From: a virus
IMG/VR virus record: IMGVR_UViG_3300015245_000002
Coordinates: 1-64,000 of that record
Length of the DNA: 64,000 bases
Reading direction: 5' to 3' (one strand)
Shown here: one piece after another, positions 30,941 to 42,693 of the stretch
Layout: every line of letters starts with the position of its first letter
Position numbering within the stretch: the stretch's first letter is position 1
Notes under the pieces: generated by a model
Database searches by the model: none
What the model was told of the DNA's origin: nothing
Seen by the model: only the letters and a program-made list of their open reading frames with translations
Translations under genes and position numbers: made by a program

Positions 30941-31910
30941 TCCGCGTCAACCACAGTATGATCGGCCCATTCGACGTGCGCTGCCCTACGTGCAGCGCAG
31001 GCATTGGCTCGGCATGCCACAGCGATCGTCGGCGATCGCTGATCGATCCGACTCCGCCGCCGCACCCGTTGCGAGTCACACGAGCAGCAAGAGGTAACAG
31101 ATGATCCGCGTCACCATCGCCCTATCAGGCGACAGATTTCACTCGATCCTCGCCTATGTCTATGGGGACTGGGCAGTGCACAGCGACGGCACCCCCGAGG
31201 GGTGGAGAGTCACGCTGCTGAATTCCGGCCGCAGCGCGAACCCGATCAGCATGTCAAAAGCCGGCGCCCGGCGTGCCGCGGCCTGGCTCCAGAGACACAT
31301 CACCCACGACGAGATCCTCGACTGGGCAGAGCTCAACGAAAGCGTCAAGGCACGGATCCAGCAGGGCATCGAGATCGGAGCGGATAAATGACCCAACGAC
31401 GGTCCTACTCCAGGTGGAACCCTAAGACCGGAGATGTCGACTGGATCGATCCATCCACGCCGGTCACGCCGCCGCGGGTCCGCTCACGTATCGAGACTGA
31501 CGATGAGGTCCGGGCACGGCTCACGCCAGCGCATCACGCGCAGAACCCGCACTATCCGCCGGAGCACTTCCGCGGGACGCATGGTCGATCGCTCGACGAC
31601 TTGCTCAAGATCTACGGACTACCGCCCAGGCGGTATGTCGACGAGGTGATCTCATGAAGGCCCCCGGCAGACGCACTCGCGAAGATGCAGCCCTGATATG
31701 TGCGGTCGCAGAGAGCACGTTCGCCGGCATGGGATACCGCGCGATCGGAAGGTGGCTCAATGTCAGCAGAGCTGCGTGCGATCTTGCCATCAGCGCCGAG
31801 TCGGCAGTGTTTGACGTATCCGTCGATGGCACACAAGGCGATGCAGAGGCCGAATCTCTACTGCGCTGCGGCTGGTGCCCTGGTGATCTGATCGAGCGCA
31901 GGGGTGCGAA

Positions 31911-32267
31911 ATGACCCCGCTCGCGCTCCACCGCGCCGAGGTCCGCCGTCTACGGGCCAGCGGCTACCACACCACGAGTCGGGTCCGAGTCGCGGTCCGC
32001 TACGCCGTGATCATGGACTGCTCCATCACCGAGGCGGCTCGTGTCCTCGGGGTCTCCGCCGGCGGCGTCTGGCATGCCTGGGATCGGATGTTCCCGGATC
32101 TACCGCATCCGCTGGAACCAGCGGGCCGGGCCGGACGCGGTGAGTACGCGCTCGAGCTCGTCGACAGTGGCATGTCCACGCGGGCCGCAGCCGCTACAGC
32201 CCGCGTGTGCGTTCAGACCATTTACGGCGCGCGATCGAGACGACGCGCGGAAGCGCGGGGGACGTGA
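31911..32267 (+). CDS. Double-HTH protein, paralog of 28770 and 48967
   Basis: SITEAARVLGVSAGGVWHAW; GMSTRAAA. Confidence 0.65.
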   Translation: MTPLALHRAEVRRLRASGYHTTSRVRVAVRYAVIMDCSITEAARVLGVSAGGVWHAWDRMFPDLPHPLEPAGRAGRGEYALELVDSGMSTRAAAATARVCVQTIYGARSRRRAEARGT

Positions 32268-32442
32268 AGCCGCTGCGCAAGATCGCCAGCGACGCGGTTC
32301 GTTTCTTCTCTAAGACCATGCGATCCGGCAATGGCCGTCTCGAGTGGATCGGCGGGATCGTTCGCGCTACCGCAATTCACATGGGGATATCGCCACCCAC
32401 AGCATATGGTGCCGTGGGTGGTGCAAACTGGAAGTATGTAAA

Positions 32443-33012
32443 ATGAGTAGCGCCTACAGCGTAATCGTCGCAGATCCACCTTGGGCACCGCGCGACAAGT
32501 TGCCTGGCAAGACCCGCGGCGCGGCCAAGCAGTACCGTGTGCTATCGACGCCGCAGATCTGCTCGTTCCTCGTCGACAACAGCGTCCGGGTCGCCGATAA
32601 CGCGCTGCTGTTCCTCTGGAGGATCGCCAGCATGCAGCGCGACGCGCTGGACGTCGCGCTGGCCTGGGGGTTCGACGTCAAGGCCGAGTTCGTGTGGCGC
32701 AAGCTGACGCGGACCGGAAAACCGCACTTCGGCATGGGCCGATACGTCCGCAACGGTCACGAGGTGTGCCTGATCGGTGCACGCGGTCAGGCGGCCAAGT
32801 TGATCGCCAGCCACAGCGTGCGATCGGTGTTCGAGGCGTCGGTGCCAGCCGACGCAGACGGCAAGATCATCCACAGCAAAAAGCCCGAGGCGTTCTGGAC
32901 CGAGGTCGTCGAGCCGCTGACCACCGGCTACGGCATCGAGCTGTTTGCGCGCACACGGCGACTCGGCTGGGACGCGATCGGCGATCAACTACCCGCGCAG
33001 GAGGCCACATGA
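32443..33012 (+). CDS. MT-A70 family adenine methyltransferase
   Basis: IVADPPW, LFLW, WGF, GMGRYVR, HSKKP, IELFAR, GW...GDQ. Confidence 0.93.
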   Translation: MSSAYSVIVADPPWAPRDKLPGKTRGAAKQYRVLSTPQICSFLVDNSVRVADNALLFLWRIASMQRDALDVALAWGFDVKAEFVWRKLTRTGKPHFGMGRYVRNGHEVCLIGARGQAAKLIASHSVRSVFEASVPADADGKIIHSKKPEAFWTEVVEPLTTGYGIELFARTRRLGWDAIGDQLPAQEAT

Positions 33013-33664
33013 GGCGCCCGGTCGCCGCCCGCCCCTCCTCCTGCGCGATCTGCGTCGATCGCCCGCCGACGGTGTACCGCCAGCTCGAGGGCGACGATTT
33101 CTCCTGCTGGATCTGCTCGGAGTGCGACGGGGAGTCGATCGCACCGGCGCGCCCGCGCCGTGACCGTGGCTACGAAGTCCCTGAGCGCTCGGTTCGGTCC
33201 GGAAGCACTCTCGAGCAGTTCAGAACCGGATCCGCTCTCGTGGCTCCCGCCACCTCGCCGCGCGTCCCGTACATCGGACGCGACCCGACGCCTGGGTTCT
33301 TGCTCGTCAAGGTCCCGCGCAGCCGTGCGCGAGTCCCCATCGATCGTCGCCAAGCGCTGGACACCCTCAGCGGGAAGCCTTGGTTCGCAGAGGTCCGCTA
33401 CGTCGGCTGTGATGTTCGCTGGTACGTGTTCGAGCGTCCCGATGACAAGCTTTCCGCAGCCGCGCGGCGGGCACCGACGTACGACGTAACGGAAGCGCTG
33501 AAACAGATGAGTTCTACGTCGCGCGAGCGCGAGTATCAGGCCGACCGCCGCGATGCGGCGCGCGCCGCTGGCAGTTGCATCAACGAAACGAACGCGGGCA
33601 CACACGGAATGGCGACGGATGGTGTCAGGTGTGCGACGTGCGCGGCAACGCATCGGAGGTCGGC

Positions 33665-34087
33665 ATGAAGCTCATCGATCTCAAGGAACTCTGCAAGTTG
33701 TACATCCCCAAGGCGTCGAGGCACCCCGCGTCGATCCGCGGTCCCGGAGACTGGTGGCCGGCGCACGAACTCGGCCACCTGCTCACGGTGCCGCGGCGGA
33801 CGATAGGTAAGCCGCTCTTCGGCATGGATACCACCACGGGCACATGGGCGCCGGACTTCGATCGGGTCTCCGCCTATGAGATCGCCGCGATGTTCATCAG
33901 CGAACGGCTGCTCGTGGCGTGCGGCAGGACCGACCTGTTCGACGAGGAGGTTGCCAACACGGACCCCGAAATCAAGGAGTACGGTTCCCGATCTCGCGCA
34001 TCGCAGATCTTGCGCCGAAGGTGCCCGCGGGTATCGACCACACGCGCGGGGCTCGAGCGGATGTGCCGTCGGGCGGTGGGCAGATGA
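33665..34087 (+). CDS. HExxH metallopeptidase-like (ImmA/IrrE-like) protein
   Basis: AHELGHLL with downstream YEIAA. Confidence 0.5.
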   Translation: MKLIDLKELCKLYIPKASRHPASIRGPGDWWPAHELGHLLTVPRRTIGKPLFGMDTTTGTWAPDFDRVSAYEIAAMFISERLLVACGRTDLFDEEVANTDPEIKEYGSRSRASQILRRRCPRVSTTRAGLERMCRRAVGR

Positions 34088-34349
34088 CCCCTGTCTGGAT
34101 CCGTACTCACCGCCAGTGGTGCGTGCTCCGCTACGCCGATCCGTCCGGCTGCATCTCCACGCTCTGCCTCGATAGCTATGAGCGGCCCACGGGCCTCATG
34201 CTGCGCACCACGGATCCAGGCGCGGATGCCTGCACCGCGTGCCGAAACGAGATCCGTGCGGGTACGCAGGGCGCGGCCGTGGCCGTCGGAAGAGTGAAGA
34301 CAAGGGACCTCAGACCACCGGTTGAAGTGGAGATCGAGGAGTGGGGACC

Positions 34350-34790
34350 ATGAAGCTAAAAATAGTCCCGATGACAGTGACAGCAGCAAGGGCCTTTGTG
34401 AAGGAACACCACAGACATCTTCCGGACATCCAGGGCGGACTATTCGCCGCCGGAGTATCGATTGATAACGAAACCAAGGGAGTGGCCATCGCCGGAAACC
34501 CAGCGCGCGTTTGGCAGGGAACGGGGCGAATCGTAATCGCACGTGTTGCGACCGACGAGACGCGCAATGCGTGCTCAATGCTTTACGGATCACTGTGTAG
34601 GGCAGCCGCTGCCCTGGGGTACATCGAAGCGTGGACGTATACGCTTCCCGACGAACCAGGAACGTCATTACGCGCGGCAGGATTCACGCTGATCGGCGTA
34701 TCTGCCGGTGGAGAACACAATCGTCCATCGCGCCCACGCGGCCCGGCCGTTTGCCCACAGCCCAAACAGCGATGGATGAGGAAATTGTGA
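34350..34790 (+). CDS. XF1762-family (Mom-like GNAT-fold) putative DNA-modification protein
   Basis: HHRH, GVAIAGNP, NACSMLYG, TYTL..EPGTSLRAAGF; sits among methyltransferase genes. Confidence 0.75.
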   Translation: MKLKIVPMTVTAARAFVKEHHRHLPDIQGGLFAAGVSIDNETKGVAIAGNPARVWQGTGRIVIARVATDETRNACSMLYGSLCRAAAALGYIEAWTYTLPDEPGTSLRAAGFTLIGVSAGGEHNRPSRPRGPAVCPQPKQRWMRKL

Positions 34791-35517
34791 CCGATCCATT
34801 TCACGAACTCTGCCAAATCCTGCGCGAGATCGGGGCAACGCTGACCTATTACGGCGGGCGGGGACCATTGAGCCGTTCGCCGGCGCCGCTGGGTACTCGC
34901 TCCGATACCCAGAGCGGCAGGTGATCCTCGTCGAGAAGTATCACGTCATCGCCGAGATCTGGCGGTGGCTGATCGGCGCCGACCCGGCGGAGATCCGCGC
35001 CATCCCGGAGGTCGATGCGGTCGCGGATCTACCCGAGTGGGTGCCACAGGGGGCGCGGTGGCTGGTGGGGTTCTCGATGAACTCGGTGGCGTCGACTCCG
35101 AGGCGAACACTATCTGCCGGACGACGGATGCTGCGAGCCGCAAACCGTCAGTTCGAGGGATGGACGCCGAGCCTGCGAGACCGCGTCTCCCAACAGGTCA
35201 CAGCGATTCGGCATTGGCGCATCGTCGAAGGCGACTACACCGCAGCGCCAGATATCGAGGCCACGCAGTACATTGACCCTCCGTACCAAGGACGGCCAGG
35301 TTCTCACTACACGCATGGCAGCAGAAAAATCGACTACCCTGCTCTCGCGCGCTGGTGCCGCGCGCGCCGCGGCCAGACCATCGTCTGCGAGTCAGCCACA
35401 GCCGACTGGCTCCCGTTCGTGCCGTTCGGCTCCGTGCGTGGCATGTCCGGCGCCGCGTCCCGCGAAGCGATCTGGTGGTCGGACTCGGCGAAGCAACAAG
35501 AGCTGATGCCGTGGTGA
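34787..35517 (+). pseudogene. Dam-like adenine methyltransferase with an N-terminal frameshift
   Basis: TYYGG in one frame, IEPFAGAAGYS in another (shift near 34860), then YIDPPY. Confidence 0.7.
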
Positions 35518-36006
35518 CCTCCGACCTCTGCTCCAATTGCCACCGCCCCGCGATCGCACTCGCCATCCTCACCCACCACACCGGTCCGTATCAGCTCTGC
35601 GCGAGCTGCTACGGGCATGACGGCGAGCGGCGCGCGCCCGCGCCGGCCTGGTCCACTGCACCGGCGCCAGCACCGAAGACATCCACCCCGCGCCATATCA
35701 CTCGAGAAATGGACCTCAAATGACCGCCATCATCCTTCCGCGCCAGTACGGCGTAAAGCTCGTGTGCAATGGCTGCGGCGCGACCCAGCGAACCGCCATG
35801 TGCGGGATCCGCGCGAGCCGCAAATGGTTCGCTACCCATGGTTGGGGCCGCGGATCGTACCGCGGATCGCGCTACCGGACACCTACGACGTCGTATGACC
35901 TATGTCCGGTCTGCCTCGCCGTGGACCACACAGCCAAGGCAGCGCGCGGTGCCAGGCGCGCCGCGCAGATCACGGCCCGCGACGCGAAGAGGAAGCAACG
36001 CGCGGC

Positions 36007-37344
36007 GTGACCGCGCTTCGTCCATATCAGGAGCGCGCGATCGAAGCGCTCCGCCGCAGTTACACCAGCGGACGCCGCGCACCTTGCCTCGTTCTTCCCA
36101 CCGGATCAGGGAAAACGGTCATCGCGGCCACGATCATATCCGGCGCTCAGGCGCGCGGAAACAGGGCACTATTCGTCGCGCCGCGTCGCGAGCTCATTCA
36201 ACAGACCGTCCGCAAACTAGCCGACGCAGGGATCTGGGATGTGCGGGTAATCCAGGCGTCGAACGACACCGGTCGGCCCGACGCCCCGGTGATCGTTGGC
36301 TCGATTCAGACCCTGACCATGGCGCGCTGGCTCGGCCAACTCCCACCGGCCGAGCTCGTGATCCCGGACGAATGCCATCATCTAGTCTCCGATCACTGGA
36401 GTAAACTGGCCGCCGCTTATCCACAGGCGCGCTGGCTCGGGCTCACCGCGACACCAGAGCGCAGCGATGGCCGGCCGCTGGGCGATGTCTTCGACGATCT
36501 GATCGTCGGCGCTTCGGTTCGCGAGCTCATGGAACTCGGCTACCTCGTCCCATGCCGCGTCTTCGCGCCGCCAGAGGCGCTCGAAACCGCACAGCTCGCA
36601 ACCGATCCGGTCGCGGCATATATGACTTATGGCGAAGGCGGCAGAGCCATCGTGTTCTGCGTCACCGTGGATCACGCGACCCAGGTCACCGCCGCGTTCA
36701 TCGCCGCAGACATTCCGGCCGGCCTGGTCACCGGATCCTGCGCAGTTGCAGATCGCTCCAGTGTTCTGCAGCGCTTCTCCGCTGGCGAACTCCGGGTCTG
36801 CGTCAACGTCAACGTGTTGACCGAAGGCTTCGACGATCCGCCGGTGTCGTGCTGCATCCTGGCCCGCAAACCACAACACGCTGGCACGTTTTTGCAGATG
36901 GTCGGCCGCGTACTGCGCCCCGCGCCGGGCAAATCCAGAGCAACCGTCGTAGATCTCTGCGGCTCGGTACACGAACATGGTCCTCCTGACCTGGAACGCG
37001 AATACAGCCTTGACGGCAAGGCGATCAGCGGCGTCGGGCGCATTCCGATACGGCAGTGTCCGAGCTGTGGATGTGTGTTTCGCGCCGGACCGCAGGCATG
37101 TCCGGAATGCGGAACACAACTGCCCGCGCATGTCGTAGAGTCGCCACGATCGGTCGGTGTCGGGCTCGTCGATATCGCCACGTTGCCCCGCGCGCTAAAA
37201 CGCGTCTATACCTTGTCAATCACGGCGAAATTCCCCGGTAGGTGCCATAAGTGCACCGGATCTATCGATCCTGGTCAGCAAATCTATTGGGCCAAAGGCG
37301 AGAAACCACGACACGTCGAGTGCCGTAACGCGGAGGCTGTATGA
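36007..37344 (+). CDS. SF2 DExH helicase with C-terminal Zn ribbons
   Basis: PTGSGKT, DECHH, TATP, TEGFD, QMVGRVLR; CPSC/CPEC. Confidence 0.95.
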   Translation: MTALRPYQERAIEALRRSYTSGRRAPCLVLPTGSGKTVIAATIISGAQARGNRALFVAPRRELIQQTVRKLADAGIWDVRVIQASNDTGRPDAPVIVGSIQTLTMARWLGQLPPAELVIPDECHHLVSDHWSKLAAAYPQARWLGLTATPERSDGRPLGDVFDDLIVGASVRELMELGYLVPCRVFAPPEALETAQLATDPVAAYMTYGEGGRAIVFCVTVDHATQVTAAFIAADIPAGLVTGSCAVADRSSVLQRFSAGELRVCVNVNVLTEGFDDPPVSCCILARKPQHAGTFLQMVGRVLRPAPGKSRATVVDLCGSVHEHGPPDLEREYSLDGKAISGVGRIPIRQCPSCGCVFRAGPQACPECGTQLPAHVVESPRSVGVGLVDIATLPRALKRVYTLSITAKFPGRCHKCTGSIDPGQQIYWAKGEKPRHVECRNAEAV

Positions 37345-37694
37345 GCCGCTCTCAGCAAGAAACGTTGATCATGGATCAGATCCGGCTCGCCCTGGGCCGA
37401 GATCCCGGTGTGCTGTTGTTCCGGAACAACATCGGTTCAGCGCAGATGCACGGTGGGTTCCGCGTCACTTTTGGTGTCGGCGGCCCTGGCGGAGCGGATT
37501 TACTGGGCATTCTCGACGCGCGCCCGCTGGCCATCGAGGTAAAATCCGCCACCGGGCGGCAGTCACCGGAGCAGCGGCGTTTTCAGGTCCTGTGGGAAGC
37601 GCGCGGTGGGATCTATCTGATGCCGCGCAACGTCGACGAAGCGGTTGCTCAGGTATCCGATGCACGGTCCGCGTCTCGCGCCGGCGGCCAGTAA
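37341..37694 (+). CDS. VRR-NUC domain nuclease
   Basis: FRNNIG, GGADL, IEVK, QSPEQ. Confidence 0.88.
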   Translation: MSRSQQETLIMDQIRLALGRDPGVLLFRNNIGSAQMHGGFRVTFGVGGPGGADLLGILDARPLAIEVKSATGRQSPEQRRFQVLWEARGGIYLMPRNVDEAVAQVSDARSASRAGGQ

Positions 37695-39760
37695 TGGTCA
37701 CGATCAGTCGCTTCGTCGGGCTGCTGAAGACGGACGCCGAGGCCATTCAGATCGATCTGGATCAATGGCTGGACTCGCTCGCGCTCGAGCCCAGCGAGGA
37801 CTACTCGGGGCAGTTCTACCATCCCGGTTGGAGCCCGGTGCTCTACGACCCGCCGAAACGGGCCGCATCGAACGTGCGCCATGTCTATGCGCTCGTACTT
37901 GATCACGATGACGGCGCGACATGGAATTCCCTCGCGACGCTCTGGCAGCAAAGTGCCGGCGTTATCTACACGACGAAGTCTCACACCGCCGATAAGCCTA
38001 GATACCGAGTTATCCTTGCGCTGTCGAGACCTGTGTCCCCACTTGAGTACGCCAAGATTTGGCGCTGGGGGGCGGATCGCAGCGCCGCCGCGAGTTGCCC
38101 CGTGGACGAGCAGTGCAAGGACGTGTCCCGGTTCTGGTATGACCCCACCACGCCGCCAGGTGGCTGGCGCGCGCAGCGCCTGAGCGGATCCGCGACCGAT
38201 CCGGACGTTATCCTCGCCGCCGCACCTGCGCCGCCGCAACTTCGCGTCGTCAGGACTCAGGCCACACCGACACCCGATGACAAGATCCGTCGAGCTCGTG
38301 CCTATCTCGCCAAGATCCCCGGCGGAGTCAGTGGTTCATCTGGTCACACCGCCACGTTCAACGCCGTGGCGGCGGTCCTTCTCGGGTTTGACCTCTCAGA
38401 ACCAGACGCGCTGCGCTTGATTACCGAGGACTATAATCCGCGCTGCGATCCACCATGGTCAGAGAAAGATTTACAACACAAGATTTCATCTGCAGCTCAG
38501 CGCTGCAAGCGCGAGCGTGGTTATCTGCTCACCGACAGGAGCCGGGTATCAGACACCAGATCTGCCGCGGCTCAGGCCCCGCAGCCCGCCGAAGATCTGG
38601 ACGTTGACTGGGCATCAAAACTTCTGGTCTCGGACAAAAATAAGACACGCAAGGCATATTACAACACCGCATTATTCGTCAGGCATCACCCAGAGTTCCG
38701 CGGCAGATGGTCCATGGATCTAATGACGAGACTGCCCTGGTTCGATGACACTGTCATGGATCCGTCGATGGTGCACCATATCCGCGGTCAGGCCGACTGC
38801 AGGCTCGGCTACACGCCACCGGCAACCGACGTCGAGGCTGCGATCGTATCTGCGGCAATGGATCGCCAGTTTCACCCGATCCGGCAATACCTGCGCTCAT
38901 TGGACTGGGATGGTGAGCCGCGACTGTCAGCCATGGCACGCGATTACTTCGATAGCGATGATGCACTCCACTCCACCATGCTCCGTATGTTCATGATCGG
39001 GGCTGCGGCCCGGGCCCTGTGGCCCGGCTGTAAGCATGACACCGCATTGATGCTGGTCGGCGCTCAGGGCACCCGGAAATCTACGTTTTTCAAGATTCTG
39101 GGTGGGTCATGGCACAGTGATACCTATCTAGATCTGGGGAATCATCGAGACGCGACCATGCAGCTTCATGGCGCATGGATCTATGAACTGTCTGAGCTCG
39201 AAAACGTACTGGCCGGCAAGGCCGAGTCCCGGATGAAGGCCTGGACCTCCTCGACTCACGACAATGTCAGACTGCCGTATATGAAGACTACCTCGCAGCT
39301 CGCACGCGGCACCGTACTCGCCGGTACCACGAACCGAACCCGGTTCCTGACCGACGAGACCGGATCGCGACGAAGTTGGATCATCCCGGTTACGGGGATG
39401 ATCCCGTTTCAACTGCTCGAGTCCTGTCGCGATCAGTTGTGGGCCGAGGCGTGCGCGGCGGCAGAAGCAGGCGAGCCATGGTGGCTGGACGGATCCGACG
39501 ACCGCGCGCGCGAGGACCGGAATCAGGCCTATATTGACGAAGATTCATGGGAAGAGATTATCGCCCTCTGGACCGTTGGGCGTGAGATCACTTCAATGTC
39601 TGAAACACTTTCAGAGGCACTAAAGCTTGATGTAGGTAAACATGATAGATCATCGCAGATGAGAGTGGCGAAAGCGCTCAGGAGGTTGGACTGGGTCAGG
39701 CGTCGGCGCGGGGGCATTTGGGTGTACGAAAGGACCATTGCCAGTAACGTGCCATCATGA
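37694..39760 (+). CDS. Primase-helicase (AEP-like primase, PriCT, VapE-type SF3 helicase)
   Basis: LDHD, TTKSH, PRYRV; FHPIRQYL, GAQGTRKST, ELSEL, GTTN, DETGSRR. Confidence 0.92.
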   Translation: MVTISRFVGLLKTDAEAIQIDLDQWLDSLALEPSEDYSGQFYHPGWSPVLYDPPKRAASNVRHVYALVLDHDDGATWNSLATLWQQSAGVIYTTKSHTADKPRYRVILALSRPVSPLEYAKIWRWGADRSAAASCPVDEQCKDVSRFWYDPTTPPGGWRAQRLSGSATDPDVILAAAPAPPQLRVVRTQATPTPDDKIRRARAYLAKIPGGVSGSSGHTATFNAVAAVLLGFDLSEPDALRLITEDYNPRCDPPWSEKDLQHKISSAAQRCKRERGYLLTDRSRVSDTRSAAAQAPQPAEDLDVDWASKLLVSDKNKTRKAYYNTALFVRHHPEFRGRWSMDLMTRLPWFDDTVMDPSMVHHIRGQADCRLGYTPPATDVEAAIVSAAMDRQFHPIRQYLRSLDWDGEPRLSAMARDYFDSDDALHSTMLRMFMIGAAARALWPGCKHDTALMLVGAQGTRKSTFFKILGGSWHSDTYLDLGNHRDATMQLHGAWIYELSELENVLAGKAESRMKAWTSSTHDNVRLPYMKTTSQLARGTVLAGTTNRTRFLTDETGSRRSWIIPVTGMIPFQLLESCRDQLWAEACAAAEAGEPWWLDGSDDRAREDRNQAYIDEDSWEEIIALWTVGREITSMSETLSEALKLDVGKHDRSSQMRVAKALRRLDWVRRRRGGIWVYERTIASNVPS

Positions 39761-39784
39761 TTGGTAAGACCAATTCACTATATC

Positions 39785-39990
39785 GATCCAACCTAACGCC
39801 TAAAAGGTTGGATCAATTGGCTGTTGGGCATGAGGTTGGGCAGGTCTTCAAGTGCTAATTATGACTAGTCTTTCCGACCCTGATCCAACCTTACCAACCT
39901 ATATATATATATATATAATAAATATATATAATAGGGGTAGGGGGTAGAACTCGCGGCCGGGTTGTCAGTAGGTTGGTAAGGTTGGATCAG
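39785..39990. other. Candidate replication origin
   Basis: Perfect 22-bp inverted repeat (39880-39901 / 39969-39990) around a pure-AT tract, extra CCAACCT copies, directly after the primase-helicase. Confidence 0.75.
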
Positions 39991-41358
39991 CAACCAAAAC
40001 ATGAACTAAATCATTAACTTAACATGTGGCCAACGTTGGGCGAAGGTTAGATCGGTTGGTCATGCGTACTAAAACCTACTAGTAGCATTTCACAGTACCG
40101 CAAATGAAGGTGACTCACCAATGAACGACAGCGAATCCAACGACCAGGACTCGGACCCCGCCGAAAAGGCTTCTGGCTTGCCCGTGGCGCAATTGGAGTT
40201 GGACGACCGGCCGCAGGGTTATCCGGCTCCGCGCGAGCTCCTGGAGCATTTGGTGAAGGAGCCACCGCATCCTGTCACGCACCCCAATAGTGCGCTGATG
40301 TGGTCAAATAGGCTACGAGAGCTAGTAGCAGATATGCGTACAAATTACGACATGTCACCATCGGAACCAGCCGCACCTTGCACGCTGGACGATCTGCTCG
40401 ATGCGCAGCAGGCGTTAGGCGTACTCCGAACGGAAGCGCTTGGCGCTCGCAACGCGCTGGCGCGCGAGCTCGAGCGAATCGACGGAGAGCACTCGTCGAG
40501 CCTGACGGATTGCGCGGAGCGAGCCGCGAAGCTGCTGGCCGACGGCCCGGTGGGCATCGTAAGGCGCTGCGAGACCCTTGGCACCATCCTAGGCGAGATG
40601 GTTCGACAGGCCGAGCGCCACGACCTAGGCAACCTGGACGACGAATTTGAGCGCGTTGTTTCGACGGCCAGGGAAGCCCTGGCGGCGTCGACGTCTCCGA
40701 CGCCACGACCGGCCGCATCCGCGAGCTCGAGCACGCACTCGCCGCGGTGGAGTTCATCGTGGAGTTGCTTACCGAGATGAGCCCGGGTGACACGCCACGG
40801 AAGGGACGGAACTCGTCGACAGTCTCGACGGCCCCGACCCGGGAAGCCGTCGATGCCGTCGGTGACGCCCAGTGTGTCTACGCCACCAAACCGGACGGAT
40901 ACACTATCGCGCACGCGCACCGCGTCTGCGGTGCGCGATAGAAAGCCGCGCACCACCCGCGAGATCGCGCTCGCCGCCAAGGCCATACATCTCTGGGTGA
41001 ACGAGGGCAGCGTCCCGGCGGCAGTCGCCCGAATGGGCACCATGGATCCGCCGCTGCAACTCGTTCAACAGGGCGAGAACGATCGGGGGCACCCGCTGTA
41101 TATCCTAGCTCCGACGGAGACGTCACTATGAACACACGAATCCCGGGCCGCCTCGGCGCGGATCGACGAGAGCAACAGAGGAGGTAAGCCGAGGCCGATG
41201 TCCGGAATGGCGAAGCCGCCCTGGCAGGGGCGGCTTCTTGATCGACACCGAGGGGTTAGCCTCAGAGGGACCGTCAGTACCCTTGAGGCTAGCGCGTTGC
41301 CGCTCCTCGGTCAACTACAGTGGCACGAAGAGGTAACTGGACAAATGCGCGTCAAATA

Positions 41359-41408
41359 GCTGAAAGCAGAGCGGGCTCCGATTCGTCGGGGCCCTCTCTG
41401 CTTTCGGT
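41359..41408. terminator. Long hairpin between convergent genes (terminator or part of an ncRNA)
   Basis: GCTGAAAGCAGAG-GGGCTCCGA/TTCG/TCGGGGCCC-CTCTGCTTTCGGT. Confidence 0.55.
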
Positions 41409-42128
41409 CGGCGCGATCCCGGGGTGGTCGGCGATCACGCCATGGCTTCGGCTCAGCGCGAGCGCTTGCCGCCGCGAGCCGCCGCGAGCTGCGCCGTCAA
41501 CTCCTCGTCCCGCTCCAGCACGCCCTGTGCGCGCTCGGAGGTCTTGGAGACGAGCGTGTACAGCCGCTTCAGGGTCCGCTTGTGCTTCCCCGTCGGGGTC
41601 ACGGGCAGGTTCGTTACCGCTTCGTCGGCGGTGACCGCAAGGGCCTCGATCTCGACGAGGCCATCGTAGACCAGCGAGATCGTCGTCAGGATCTCGGGGT
41701 CCAGGTTGTGGGGTGGCACGTGGTACACCGTACGAATATATTCGCGCAACGGGGAGGGGGTCGGCGCGGTTCAGATCCGCAGCACGGCCTTCGGCCGGAC
41801 ACGCCATTCGCCATCCGGCAGTTGATCGAAATCTCCGCTGAGGTATCCGAGATCCACATCGACTGCATCGACGCGAGTCACATGCCACGTACTATCGCGC
41901 TCGTCGAGCACGCGACACATGTCGCCGACCCGCCACCCGCCAACGGGATGCGCCCTGATGTCGCCGAGCCCAACGGTCATGCTCGTCATCGCGAGATCGA
42001 ATAGCTCGGCGGTAAGATCGCCGGTGATCCTGGCATCGAACCAGTGAGCGCCCTCGCGGAGCCGTACCTGTACTACCTGTCCAATTTCGTAGCTCATAAT
42101 TTTACCTTCCCGCCGCTCCCGCGGCGAT

Positions 42129-42175
42129 TCAAAAACAGATGACGACAGGAATCTGTGAAACGGGGTCCTGTCGTC
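42129..42175 (-). terminator. Possible intrinsic terminator
   Basis: 10-bp stem GACGACAGGA/TCCTGTCGTC followed by ATCTGTTTTT on the minus strand, just after a stop codon. Confidence 0.45.
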
Positions 42176-42693
42176 GGATACGGATCAGATCCGCGCGACC
42201 TTGGCGCCGAGAACCATCAGTTGGTGGGCCTCTTCCGAGGTCAGCCAGCGCTCCTCGGTGTAGGGCGAGATCCGCGCTGCGTTCCAACGCTCGGCTGCAT
42301 CGAGCTTTGCCTCGATGGCCTCTGACTCGACGTAGTACGGCCCCCATCCGACTAGACCGCCCATCCAATGCTGCTCCGGCGAGGTCCGTATGGCGAGATG
42401 CCAGACCGTGACGAGATACTTATTCACGTGATCCCTCCGATCACGGCCGAGCACTTAGGCTCGGTCCGGTCAGTGACATCGGCCCAGTCGGCCATCTCCA
42501 CCGTGCCATAGATGTAATTGTTGGCTCCCGGCGTGGAGGTGTGAATCCGGCTGTCCAGGGCGACGACGCGATAGACCTCGCCGTCGTTCCCCGCAACGAA
42601 GTCCCCTACGTCGGGGAACCCGTTTCCCCGCTCGTGGATGGTTGAACTGACTGCGCTGAGTGCTTCATATCCGTCCGTGATCGTCATGTTGTT

